Part shown: positions 34,350 to 45,502 of the stretch, in pieces
Numbering within the stretch: position 1 is the first letter of the stretch
Layout of the letters: the number at the start of each line of letters is the position of its first letter
NCBI GenBank assembly: GCA_963816185.1
Contig: CAWFJJ010000025.1
Span: forward strand, 128,001 to 192,000
Length of the DNA: 64,000 nt
Reading direction: 5' to 3'
From: Thermoanaerobaculia bacterium
GTDB taxonomy: Bacteria; Acidobacteriota; Thermoanaerobaculia; UBA5066
Program-made: the position numbers and the translations under genes
Notes under the pieces: generated by a model
The model's input: the letters and a program-made list of their open reading frames with translations, nothing else
What the model was told of the DNA's origin: nothing
Database searches by the model: none

Positions 34350-34364
34350 CGATGCAAATGCATC
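34350..34364. promoter_or_regulatory. Palindromic putative operator GATGCAAATGCATC upstream of cstA
   Basis: Perfect 6-bp inverted repeat, about 24 bp upstream of a -10-like TATGCT (minus strand, 34321-34326). Confidence 0.55.
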
Positions 34365-34496
34365 ATCGGCCGGGGGCGAGAAGAAATTTCTTAGAAGAGG
34401 TAGGACGAGCTCGGGCGCCGTCGAAGCAACGGCCGGCGGCCCAGCCCTATTACCATTCGCAGAGATTCTTCAGGGCCACCGTCGCGCGCGTGACGC

Positions 34497-36417
<1,921 letters not shown>

Positions 36418-36421
<4 letters not shown>

Positions 36422-37026
36422 CTTGTGCCCTCGCCTCTCATACGCCGAATGCCGGGACGCGGTTCATCGGCACGGGCGCGGCGGTCCGCGGTGGACTCGA
36501 ACGGCGCCTCCCCTTCGGTTCTGACCTGAGCGATGAACGGAAAGTTCCCGCCCTCGCCCATGTATTCCATACCATAGCCCACGAGCACGCCTTCCTCCGC
36601 CGGGAACAGGACGTAATCCGCGCGGAGCGCGCTTTTCCTCTCCTGGGGATGATCCACCACGCAGGCGAAACGGATGGAACGGGGCTTTTCTTCCCGCAGC
36701 TGATTCAGCAGCCACGTCTCGACGACCCCGCTCCGGATCACGTCCTTGAGCACGATGAGGTGGGTGTCCGCAACGTCGAAAGGCGCCAGGAAGTGATAGT
36801 TGACGACCTTCTCGCTGTCGCCGTCGCGGAGCACGTCGATGTACTCGCAGTGGACGGGCCGTGGCACGGCGCGGGCGAGGTCGGCGACGAAGAACCCCGC
36901 GCCCTTCAGGATCGCGATGAGGACGATGTCGCCCTCGGGATAGTCGTGACCGATCCTCCGGCCGACGTCCACGACGCGCCGGGCGATGTCTTGCGGGCCG
37001 TACAGCTCGTCGGTGACAAGTGCCAC
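36418..37026 (-). CDS. hpt: Hypoxanthine phosphoribosyltransferase-like protein (degenerate PRPP loop)
   Basis: [25 protein letters not shown]; tilS-hpt-ftsH synteny; PRPP loop reads [11 protein letters not shown]. Confidence 0.75.
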
Positions 37027-37070
37027 AGACGTGTAAGTCTAGCAGGGGAGGCCGATGCGAAAGGGGAGGC

Positions 37071-38577
37071 TCAGGGCCGGGAGTACTCGTCGATCACGCG
37101 AGAGATCGCCCGCCTGCAGACCGGACAGAAGCCGCCCGGATCGCGCGTGAACATGATGCAGTCGGCCGAGGGCCGGTAGAGGCCTTTCGCCTCGTACGAG
37201 GCGCCCTCGAAGGCTCCGACCTTGCCGGACCACGTCATCGTGGACAGGAGCTTCGAATCCAGGGCCATCTGCCGGCGGAAGAGGTCGTCGAGCGCGGAGG
37301 GCGGAGCGCCGGAAGCGATGAGCTTCTTCCGCTCGGCCTGGAATCCGCGGGTCTGCTTTTCGAAGGCTTCTTTCTCCCACGGGGTCGGCAACGGCGTTCC
37401 CTTCCCGACGAGGTCGGCCCACTTCAGCGCCTTCGGGTCATGCAGGGCGGTCACGTTCGGCTCCCACGGCTCCGGCTTCTCGCCGCCGGTCTCATACGCC
37501 ACGTCCGATCCGTAGTACTCGTCCGCGAGGCCCGCGAAGTGGTGGCCGAACTCGTGCACGAAGACGTACTCGGAGAAGCCCGTGTCCACGGACGCGGTGG
37601 CCTGGAAGTTGTAGATTCCGCCGCCGCCGTAACGTGCGTCGTTCACGAGAATCTCGAGGAAGTCGTACGGCGCGGCCGAGGCGGCCTCGCGAAGCGCGCG
37701 GTCGTCGTACGTGAGCATGTAGCGCTCCGAGCCGAAGATGCCGTATTGAACGGACAGCGGCGTTCTCCGGAAGATCTTCGAGTCGGGTCTCAGGACGCCG
37801 CTCTCGGAATCGGGCAGGTCGAGCGCGCGCACGTTGAAGTCGGCCTTGCGGCTCTTGAACGGCTCGTACGTGAAGAGGATGTCCACGAGGCGCTTCACGT
37901 CGGCGTGGAACTTCGGCAGGTCCTTTTCGGCATAGCCCTCGCCGAGGAGGAGGAGATCCAGCTTCGCGGCGGCCGGCCCGTTCTCGAAGACCGTCCAGAC
38001 CTTTCCCATCGGCGCCCGCGACGCGGGATTCACCTCGGGCCCTGCGGGATCGATCACGGTAGAGAACAGCTCGTGGAAGACGTTCGCCTTGTCGCGGCGC
38101 TGGAGGACGATCCGGACCTTCTCCCTCGGCCATGGAAGCCGCAGCGATTCGGGAAACGTCCGGGCCGCCCTCTTCGCCTCCTCCGTCTGCTCCCACTCGC
38201 TGAACATCGACGAATAGCCGCGCGAGAAGAGGACGCGATTCGTCCGTGCGTCCCGGACCTCGAACAGATTGCTGCCGAGGTTCGTCTCGTCGAGGAGGCG
38301 GGTCCGGCTGCCCGGCCAGGGGCCGTCGTCGACGACGCGATCGAGCGCCACCACCTCGCCCTTCGGGCCGCCCGTGTGGAAGAGATCCACGCGCATCGTG
38401 CGGCCTGTGAAGCGGGCGTCGAAGGCGCTCGGAGAAGAAATTTCTGCTGAAGAGGGGGAAGAGAAGAGCAGAAGAGGAAGAAGAAGAGAGATCTCTTTGA
38501 ATAGGAAGAGGGGGGGAGTGCAGCCGCAGCGAGGATGAGGGGGCGGCGCAGCTTGGTGGGAGCATGCGGAGGTTCAT
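37071..38577 (-). CDS. M64 family (IgA peptidase-like) metallopeptidase; signal-peptide region frameshifted
   Basis: RVDLFHTG, LLGEGY, YGGGG, HEFGHHFAGLADEY, EPNVT, YRPSADCIM, FCPVC; in-frame signal-like stretch upstream of 38396 lacks a start codon. Confidence 0.85.
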
Positions 38578-39578
38578 GATGGCTCGATCGTAGTCCTGAG
38601 TTCGAACTCTCCGCGCGCTGGAACGAACCTAACGGTGCGTGGATCGACCTCGACGCGGCCGCCCGCGAATTCCTCGCCGAAGGTCCTGTCACCTTTCTCG
38701 ATGCGGCTCAGGACCTTCTTCACCTGCGCCTTCCCCGGGACCCGGCCGCTCGCGCCGGCCGCACTTACGAGCAACCGACCGGCCTCTTCGAGCGAGAGCC
38801 GTGCGAAAAAGGATCGGGGCCAAATACCCTTCGACGAGATCTTCTTCTCGGCCAACGCCTCGTCGAGCCGGCGGTCGAGCGCGTCCAGCCTCTCCCCCCA
38901 TTTCGCTCCGGCGCGCGCCAGCCGCGCAGCTCTGCCGGGGTCCTTTCGCTCCATTTCCGGAAGCACCCTGCGGCGGATGCGATTCCGCGCGAAACCCTCG
39001 TTCTCGTTCGTCTCGTCCTCGCGAAAGGGACGCGTCTCTCCGCGAGGAACTCGCGCAGCTCGGCCCGCGAAAAGGGGAGGAGCGGACGGACGATGCCGTC
39101 GGCCCGGTGCGAGCGGATGCCTCCGCGCCCGCGGCCGAGTCTCCGCTCGAGATGGAGCAGGACGGTCTCGGCCTGGTCGTCACGCGTGTGACCGGTCAGG
39201 ACGAGAGCGCCGCCGAGGCTTTTGGAGAATGCGAGGAGCGCCGCGTACCGCAGGCGGCGGGCCGCAGCCTCGAGGCTCTCGCCCTTCCTCGCCCGGACGG
39301 GACGTCCACGGAATGAAGCGTGAAGCGCAGGGAAGCGTCGCGGCGAGGCGTGCGCAGAACCGCGCGTCCTCGTCGCCGGCCGCGCCCCTGAGGCCGTGCG
39401 CGACGTGAGCGGACGTCACGGCGACACCGCGCGGAGACGCCCATGCGACCGCGAGGAGGAGAAGCGCCGTGGAGTCGCTCCCGCCCGAATGCGCCACGAC
39501 GAGCGTGTTGGCGCCTGCGAAAAGGCGCGTTTCCTCGACGTGTCGAAAGAAGCGGTCCGGCAATGAAACAGAGCTCAA
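38574..39578 (-). CDS. tilS: tRNA(Ile)-lysidine synthetase (multiple frameshifts)
   Basis: VAHSGGSDS, HVAHGLRG, EAAARRLRY, GHTRDDQAET, RPLL, EDETN, RNRIR motifs spread over different frames. Confidence 0.85.
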
Positions 39579-39668
39579 CGCGACGAACGTTAGCGCGAAT
39601 CTTTCTTTCGGAGCGGCCGGCGCTTGCGGAGAACTTTCGAAGGGGATAGAGTAAGGAGGGAGGTAAGG

Positions 39669-39914
39669 ATGCCGACCGCGACGCTGACATCCAAGGGTCA
39701 GGTCACGCTTCCGAAGGCCGTCCGGGAGGCTCTCCAGGTGCGCACCGGCGATCGCCTCGACTTCACGCCTGCGCCGGACGGCGCGTTCCGGGTCGAGGTA
39801 CGGCGGGAGAACGCCAGGAGCCTCGCGGGGATACTGCGCCGGAAGGGCCGCCGGCCCGTCTCGGTTCGCGGGATGGACCTTGCCATCGAGCGACTCCATC
39901 GTTCGGGCCGCTGA
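39669..39914 (+). CDS. AbrB/MazE-family antitoxin (VapB-type)
   Basis: MPTATLTSKGQVTLPKAVREAL...GDRLDF; GTAAGGA direct repeat over the RBS/start. Confidence 0.9.
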   Translation: MPTATLTSKGQVTLPKAVREALQVRTGDRLDFTPAPDGAFRVEVRRENARSLAGILRRKGRRPVSVRGMDLAIERLHRSGR

Positions 39915-39916
39915 AC

Positions 39917-40315
39917 GTGCGCGGAATAGACACGAACGTCCTGGTGAGGTTCTGTCAGCGCGGGACGATACCGAGCAGTTCCGACGGGTGCAGGAATTCC
40001 TCGAAGCGCGCTTCGCGGAAGCGGATCCGGTCCTCGTAAACGTAATCGTCCTCTGTGAGACGGTATGGGTCCTGCGCGTCGGCCTATCGCATCCCCCGGC
40101 ACGAGATCGCGGCCGCGCTGGGCCGGTTACTCGGCGCTTCCGGACTGGTGATCGAGGATCGCGATCAGGTCGCCGTAGCACTCGACGCCTATCGGCGAGG
40201 TCCCGGCGATTTCGCCGACTATCTCGTCGGCGAGCGCAACCGCGCGGCCGGCTGTGTCTCGACGGCCACACTGGACCGGCGGTTGAAGTCAGCCTCTACG
40301 TTCGAGCTCGTCTGA
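39917..40315 (+). pseudogene. vapC: PIN-domain VapC toxin, two apparent frameshifts
   Basis: GTG-RGIDTNVLVRF; V.CETVWVL; GDFADYL...TLDRRL in three frames. Confidence 0.75.
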
Positions 40316-40376
40316 CGCGCGAGCTCGCTGCGCTATCATTTGCGCCTCACCCGGGTCCCCGGGCGCGCCTTTTCGG

Positions 40377-40453
40377 GGCGGCGTAGCTCAGATGGCCAGA
40401 GCAGGGGTCTCATAAGCCCTTTGTCGGCGGTTCGATTCCGCCCGCCGCCACCA
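40377..40453 (+). tRNA. tRNA with CAT anticodon, most likely elongator tRNA-Met
   Basis: Cloverleaf: GGCGGCG/CGCCGCC acceptor, TAGCTCAG D-arm, CTCATAA loop, GGTTCGATTCC T-arm, encoded CCA; G1-C72 paired, so not initiator. Confidence 0.93.
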
Positions 40454-40483
40454 TTCAATCCGATGCCGCCTTATGATTCCCCC

Positions 40484-40720
40484 ATGCGGCGGCGAGAGGG
40501 AGAAGAAGACGACTCGCCTTACATCTTCTGTGAGCAGTGCGACCAGATGTTCGAGCGCGTGTTCATCCAGCAGTGTTCGTTCTGCTCCAAGGATTTCTGC
40601 CGGAACTGCGCGGTCCGCTCGGGAAACGCGGCGTTCTGCAGCAAGGCCTGCGCGAAGGCGTGGTTCTTCGCCGAGGCCGACGAGGACGAGGCAGAAGAAG
40701 AGAAGAAGGAGAAGACGTAG
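40484..40720 (+). CDS. Small 8-Cys zinc-binding protein
   Basis: CEQC, CSFC, CRNC, CSKAC and an acidic tail. Confidence 0.7.
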   Translation: MRRREGEEDDSPYIFCEQCDQMFERVFIQQCSFCSKDFCRNCAVRSGNAAFCSKACAKAWFFAEADEDEAEEEKKEKT

Positions 40721-41284
40721 ATCCGCGCTTTCCTCGCCGTTTCCGTTGGCGATCCGGCTCTCGACGCGTCCCTCGCCGCGCGTGGATTCCGCCTTCCCGA
40801 AAGCGAGCTCCGGCGGGTGCCGGCCGCCCAACGCCACCTGACCCTTCGCTTTTTCGACGAGCTTCCCGAGGATCGCGTGGAGGACGTCCGCGCGCGCGGC
40901 GGGCGCGGCGGCTGCGGGCGTGTCGCCCTTCGACCTCGAGCTGGAGGGCGTCGGCTGCTTTCCGCCGCGCGGCCCGGCGAAGGTCGTCTGGGTCGGCTGC
41001 GGCGCGGGACGCGAGGCGCTCGTCGCGCTTGCCGAGGCGCTTTCCCGTGCGCTCGCGAGCCGGGGGTTTCCGGGCGACCCGCGGCCGTTCTCCCCGCACC
41101 TCACCCTGGCGCGCGCGCGGAACCGGCGCGGCTCCTCGGCGGTCGCGGCGGCCGTGCACAGGAGCGCAGCCGTCGAGGGGCCGCTCGGCCGCGTTCGGGT
41201 CGACCGGCTTCTCCTCGTTCAGTCGACGCTCGGCTCGGGACCGCCCCGACACGACGTCCTCGGGACGTTTCCGCTGGCGGGTAA
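40721..41284 (+). CDS. thpR: RNA 2',3'-cyclic phosphodiesterase (2H family; frameshifted)
   Basis: IRAFLAV..., two HLTL motifs (in different frames), G.FP...VVW.G, F.PH, QSTL; start codon not intact. Confidence 0.75.
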   Translation: MRAFLAVSVGDPALDASLAARGFRLPESELRRVPAAQRHLTLRFFDELPEDRVEDVRARGGRGGCGRVALRPRAGGRRLLSAARPGEGRLGRLRRGTRGARRACRGAFPCAREPGVSGRPAAVLPAPHPGARAEPARLLGGRGGRAQERSRRGAARPRSGRPASPRSVDARLGTAPTRRPRDVSAGG

Positions 41285-41336
41285 CTCGTCCCCGGATGGT
41301 TGCGCGAAGGCTCGCTCAGAGGGTAAACCACTCGCC

Positions 41337-41819
41337 ATGGACCTCCGCGCGCATCTCCTCGCGATCCTCGATCGCGCCTACGACGTCACGTCGTGGCACG
41401 GCCCGAACCTGAAAGGCTCGCTACGGGGCGTCTCGCCGGCCGTCGCTTTTTTCCGGCCGGGGCCGAAGCGACACTCGATCTACGACCTCGTGCTCCATGC
41501 CGCCTACTGGAAGTACACGGTCCGGCGCCGGCTCACCGGCGAGAAGCGCGGATCGTTCGCGCTCGAGGGCTCGAACTTCTTCCCCGCGCCGCGGCGGTCC
41601 ACCGCGAAAGAGGTCGCCGCCGCGAAGCTCCTGCTCGAGCGCGAGCACCGGGATCTGCGCGCCGTCGTCGAGGAGCTGCCCGAGGCTGCGTTCGAGTCGC
41701 GCCTCGGGCGCCGGACGGCGGAGGCCATGATCTCGGGCGTCGCGGCGCACGACCTCTACCACGCGGGCCAGATCCAGCTCCTGAAGAGACTTACGCGGAA
41801 AGGCGGAGAGACGATCTGA
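41337..41819 (+). CDS. DinB family protein
   Basis: WHGP...HSIYDLVLHAAYW...HDLYHAGQI. Confidence 0.85.
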   Translation: MDLRAHLLAILDRAYDVTSWHGPNLKGSLRGVSPAVAFFRPGPKRHSIYDLVLHAAYWKYTVRRRLTGEKRGSFALEGSNFFPAPRRSTAKEVAAAKLLLEREHRDLRAVVEELPEAAFESRLGRRTAEAMISGVAAHDLYHAGQIQLLKRLTRKGGETI

Positions 41820-41843
41820 ACGGGCTGGGGCTGAAGAGCGCGC

Positions 41844-42362
41844 TCAGCGCGCGACGGCCGCGCTCCGGCCCTCGTACGCGCGCTCGAGCGCCGCGATGTC
41901 GAGCTTCTTCATCGGGAAGAGCGCCGTCATCACGCGCGAGACCTTCTCGGGATCCGGGTCGGCGACCATGTCGCGCAGCGCCTTCGGCACGACCTGCCAG
42001 GACACGCCGAACGTGTCCTTCAGCCAGCCGCACTGCTGGGCCGCCGGGTCTCCGCCCGCCGTGAGCTTCTCCCAGTACTGGTCGATCTCCTTCTGCGTCT
42101 TGCAGAAGACCTGCAGCGAGATCGCTTCGTTGAACCGGAACTGCGGACCCCCGTTCAACGCCGTGAACGGCTCGCCGTCGAGCTCGAACTCGACGGTCAG
42201 GACGGACCCGGGCGGCCTCTGGTGGATCTCGCGCCCCGCCTCCGTGTAGTGCGAAATTTTGCGAACTTTCGAGTTCGGAAAGATCGACGTGTAGAACGCG
42301 ACGGCCTGCTCCGCCTCGCCGTTGAACCACAGGCACGGGGCGATCTTGCGGTCGTTGAACAT
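41844..42362 (-). CDS. VOC family protein (PhnB/3-demethylubiquinone-9 MT-like)
   Basis: PCLWFNGEAE.A..FY, FTALNGGP.F.FNEAIS, CGWLKD.FGVSWQ, MKKLDI. Confidence 0.9.
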   Translation of the reverse strand: MFNDRKIAPCLWFNGEAEQAVAFYTSIFPNSKVRKISHYTEAGREIHQRPPGSVLTVEFELDGEPFTALNGGPQFRFNEAISLQVFCKTQKEIDQYWEKLTAGGDPAAQQCGWLKDTFGVSWQVVPKALRDMVADPDPEKVSRVMTALFPMKKLDIAALERAYEGRSAAVAR

Positions 42363-42436
42363 GAGCGCCTCCCGCGTCTTCGCACGCAGGTTGCGTGCCG
42401 GTAAGAATTTCGAATCCGTCGCTGCTAGAGTCGCCG

Positions 42437-42553
42437 TCTGCGCGTTCTTGGATCGCGTCGGGAGGCGGGCGCCTCCAGGTCGAGACCGGCGGCCTCTGCG
42501 CGTTCTTGTATCGCGCCGGGAGGCGGGCGTCTCCGGCGTCGTGACTCGCGGCC
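42437..42553. repeat. Two-copy ~58-bp tandem repeat with internal GGAGGCG/CG(C/T)CTCC hairpin
   Basis: Units start at 42437 and 42495 (tctgcgcgttcttg..tcgcg.cgggaggcgggcg.ctcc). Confidence 0.8.
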
Positions 42554-42563
42554 GGTCTAGGCG

Positions 42564-43748
42564 TCAGCCCGCCCGAACCGCCCAGCGCAGCTTGGCGGCG
42601 GAAGAGCGGGGATTCGCGCGTCTCTCCTCGGGCTGCGCACGGACGACCGTGTCGGAGACGCGCGCGTAGAGCCCGGTCCCGAGGCCGGCTTTGAACGCCT
42701 TCTTCACACGGCGGTCCTCGCCCGAGTGGAATGTCAGGATCGCGACGCGCCCGCCCGGCGCGAGGCAATGCGGCAGGTCGCGGAGGAACGCCTCGAGCGC
42801 CGTGAGCTCGTCGTTGACGAGGATGCGGATCGCCTGAAAGGTCCGCTGGAGGGAAGATTTCTTTGCTTCGGACGCGTCGCGATTCGTTCGTCCCTCGTAG
42901 GCGGACTCAACGGCAGTCGCAACGTCCGTAGTTCGCAGAAGATTTCTTAGAAGGTGAATAGGGCCTTGGTGCCCGGCTCGCGTTTCGCCTGCTGACTCGC
43001 CGGTTCGGGTCAGGTCCGAATTGCCTAGAAGGTGAACGGGCTTTTCGCCGCGGCGCGCTTCGATCGTCTCGTGAAGCGCGGCCGCAATGCCTGCCGCTTC
43101 TGGTTCGTCCCCATACCTTCTAAGAAGATCTTCTATTTCTCCCCTCTTCATCTTCATCAGTAGTGCGCTCGCCGGCACGCCACGCTGCGGGTTCATCCTG
43201 AGGTCCAGCGGGACGTCGTGCTTCCACGAGAAGCCGCGGCTCGGGTCGTCGAGCTGCATGGAAGAGACGCCGAGGTCGGCGAGGATGAGGTCGGCGCCGC
43301 GCGCGAGGGCTTGCTCCGCGAGCAGCTTCCGGAGCCCTGCATGGTTCCTCCTCACGACGGTCACCGCGTTCGCGTCGCCGAGCGATTCTGCGAGCGCCGT
43401 CAATCTCGCTTCGGACTTCGGCACCTCGATCGGGTCCACGTCCAATGCGAGGAGCCTGCCGCCGGGCAGAATCCTTCTCAGGATCTCCGACGCGTGGCCG
43501 CCGTACCCGAGTGTCGCGTCCACGGCGACGTCGCCGGGCGCTGGCGCGAGCGCCTCGAGGACCTCGGCGACGAGGACACTCACGTGGCTTCCTGCCGGCG
43601 TCTTGCCGGAGGCGAGGACCTTCTCGCGTTCCTCCGGGAAACGAGCGGGATCGCGCTCCTTGTACTTCTCCTCGAAGCGCCGCGGATGCGTGCCGCGGTA
43701 GCGCGGACGCCGCGGCTTCCTCCCCGCGTCCTTCGCTCCGTTCGTCAC
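42564..43748 (-). CDS. rsmH: 16S rRNA m4C1402 methyltransferase RsmH (N-extended type)
   Basis: DATLGYGGH, DLGVSSMQLD..RGFS, LDLRM, FQAIRI.VN.EL, FHSGEDR.VK, NPRSSAAKLR; N-terminal RY.GTHPR.FEEKYKE. Confidence 0.92.
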   Translation of the reverse strand: MTNGAKDAGRKPRRPRYRGTHPRRFEEKYKERDPARFPEEREKVLASGKTPAGSHVSVLVAEVLEALAPAPGDVAVDATLGYGGHASEILRRILPGGRLLALDVDPIEVPKSEARLTALAESLGDANAVTVVRRNHAGLRKLLAEQALARGADLILADLGVSSMQLDDPSRGFSWKHDVPLDLRMNPQRGVPASALLMKMKRGEIEDLLRRYGDEPEAAGIAAALHETIEARRGEKPVHLLGNSDLTRTGESAGETRAGHQGPIHLLRNLLRTTDVATAVESAYEGRTNRDASEAKKSSLQRTFQAIRILVNDELTALEAFLRDLPHCLAPGGRVAILTFHSGEDRRVKKAFKAGLGTGLYARVSDTVVRAQPEERRANPRSSAAKLRWAVRAG

Positions 43749-45502
43749 CGCGGCAGGGGGAGCGCCTTCCCGACCGCCTGCGGCAGCGTGACGCCGAGCC
43801 ACCGACCCACGGTCGGCGCGAGATCGTAGGGAGTCGACGGGGCGTCCGAGGAGCCGGCCTTCACGCCCGCGCCCCAGAAGATGAGCGGCACGTGGATGTC
43901 GTATTCGTATTGCGACCCGTGCATCGAGCCGCGCCCCGGGTTGTACGACATCTGGACCCCCCGGCGCGGGACGAGGATGACGTCCCCCGAGCGCTGTGCG
44001 TCGAAGTCGTTCCTCACGAAAGGGAGAGCGGGGGTCTCGCGCCACGATGCAACCTGTGACGTGAGGAGGACGTCCTCGACTTCCGCCCCCCAGACCAGCT
44101 TCACGAGGCCGGGCAGGACGCGGTCGACGTCGGCCTTCGTCACGAAGCGACCGGCCGCTCCGCAGGCGCCGGCCACGCTCTTGGCGGGGAGCGCGGCCCG
44201 GTCGTAGAAGAGGTCCCAGCCGTCCATGCCGAAGACCGGCCTCACGCCGGCGTCGAGGCAGAGCGTCTCGTCGAGCATCCGGTTCAGCCGCTCCTTGAAG
44301 TTGTCGAGCGTCGCCTTGCCGACATCGATCCGGCCGCCCGAGGCGGTCTTGTCGATCGCCTTCGCGACCTCGGGCATGACCGGGAAGCCGTGATCCGCCG
44401 AGAGCGCGACGAGAAAAGTGCCCTTCGGATAGCTCGCCTCGAGCGCGTCGAGCAGGCGGCCGATCTGCACGTCGAGGCGCCGAAGCGTGTCCAGCTCCTC
44501 CTCGGACTCGTTGCCGTAGTCGTGCGAGACGGGATCGTGACCGGAGAAGGAAAGGCACAGGAGGTCGGGCGCGTCGCCGCGGCCGAGCGCCAGCGCCGGG
44601 TCGCTCAGGAGGTCGACCGCGAGGTCGGCCGTGAGCTCGTCCACGAGCGGACTCCGGTAGATGCCTCCGAAGTAGCCCGGTGCGTCTCCCGTCGGCAACA
44701 CGCCGAACCGCGAAAGGTCGTGATCGAATCCGAGTCCGAGCGCGGGGTACTGGTAGCGCTGGACGATCGAGGCGGGAACGGGGGTTGGAAGCGATTTCGT
44801 TCCGGGAGAAGCTGCGGGCTCCGGCCACTTCTTCCAAACGAGACCGAAACGGCCCGGGAGCATGGTTCCGGCTTTCGTTTCGTTGAATCTCTTGACGGCA
44901 AGGCGGACGGCGGAAGGCGGGTCGTACGCCGCGGACGACGTGAAGCGGCCCGTCTCCTTGTCGTACCAGTAGACCGAATGGGCTCGTTCCCGGCCGGCCA
45001 GGAAGATGGCGCCGCGGTCCTTCGCCGACAGGGAGACGACGCGCGCGCCTTTCTTCGTCTCCACGAGGATGTCGCCGAGCGTCGAAACGCGCAGATTCAA
45101 AGGACCCGGAATCACGCGGGCCGTCCCGGCCGGAGCGGCCGGATCACGCTGGTCGGTGCAATAGACGGCGTGGAGCAAGCCGTTCTCGCCGATCTCGAAC
45201 CAGCTGTTCGCGACGATGCCCGTCACCCGCGGCGGCGCGCCGGTGGCGAGGGAGGCGTGGCCCGGCCCGGTCTCCGTGTTCAGGTGCTGGTAGCGCGCGG
45301 CGCGCTCGACGTAACCCTGGTCGAGAAGCCGCTTCAGGCCCGCGACGAACCAGGGCCGGTAACCTTCGAGGCGCGAGAAGCCGAGCCCGTCCACAGAGAT
45401 CACGACGGCAAGCCTTGGCGCAGGAGCCGGTGCCGGAGGGGCGGCGAGGGCGAAGACGGGAAGAAGGACGAGGCCCCGCAGGGCGCGCGAGCGTCGAATC
45501 AT
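43745..45502 (-). CDS. Alkaline phosphatase superfamily protein (PafA-like)
   Basis: Signal peptide, ISVDG, TETGPGHA (Thr nucleophile), KDR, D..SH, SADHG, HGS.Y.YD.HVP. Confidence 0.88.
   Translation of the reverse strand: MIRRSRALRGLVLLPVFALAAPPAPAPAPRLAVVISVDGLGFSRLEGYRPWFVAGLKRLLDQGYVERAARYQHLNTETGPGHASLATGAPPRVTGIVANSWFEIGENGLLHAVYCTDQRDPAAPAGTARVIPGPLNLRVSTLGDILVETKKGARVVSLSAKDRGAIFLAGRERAHSVYWYDKETGRFTSSAAYDPPSAVRLAVKRFNETKAGTMLPGRFGLVWKKWPEPAASPGTKSLPTPVPASIVQRYQYPALGLGFDHDLSRFGVLPTGDAPGYFGGIYRSPLVDELTADLAVDLLSDPALALGRGDAPDLLCLSFSGHDPVSHDYGNESEEELDTLRRLDVQIGRLLDALEASYPKGTFLVALSADHGFPVMPEVAKAIDKTASGGRIDVGKATLDNFKERLNRMLDETLCLDAGVRPVFGMDGWDLFYDRAALPAKSVAGACGAAGRFVTKADVDRVLPGLVKLVWGAEVEDVLLTSQVASWRETPALPFVRNDFDAQRSGDVILVPRRGVQMSYNPGRGSMHGSQYEYDIHVPLIFWGAGVKAGSSDAPSTPYDLAPTVGRWLGVTLPQAVGKALPLPR

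Noticed and set aside
40377-40453. tRNA as an integration site for an island
   Set aside because: No duplicated tRNA 3' end and no integrase seen in the window.
40920-41819. ThpR-DinB fusion protein
   Set aside because: DinB has its own ATG at 41337; a stop lies at 41284 in another frame within an indel-prone region, so the fusion is probably an artefact.
42437-42553. Mini-CRISPR array
   Set aside because: Only two units, similar along their whole length, with no unique spacer and no cas genes.
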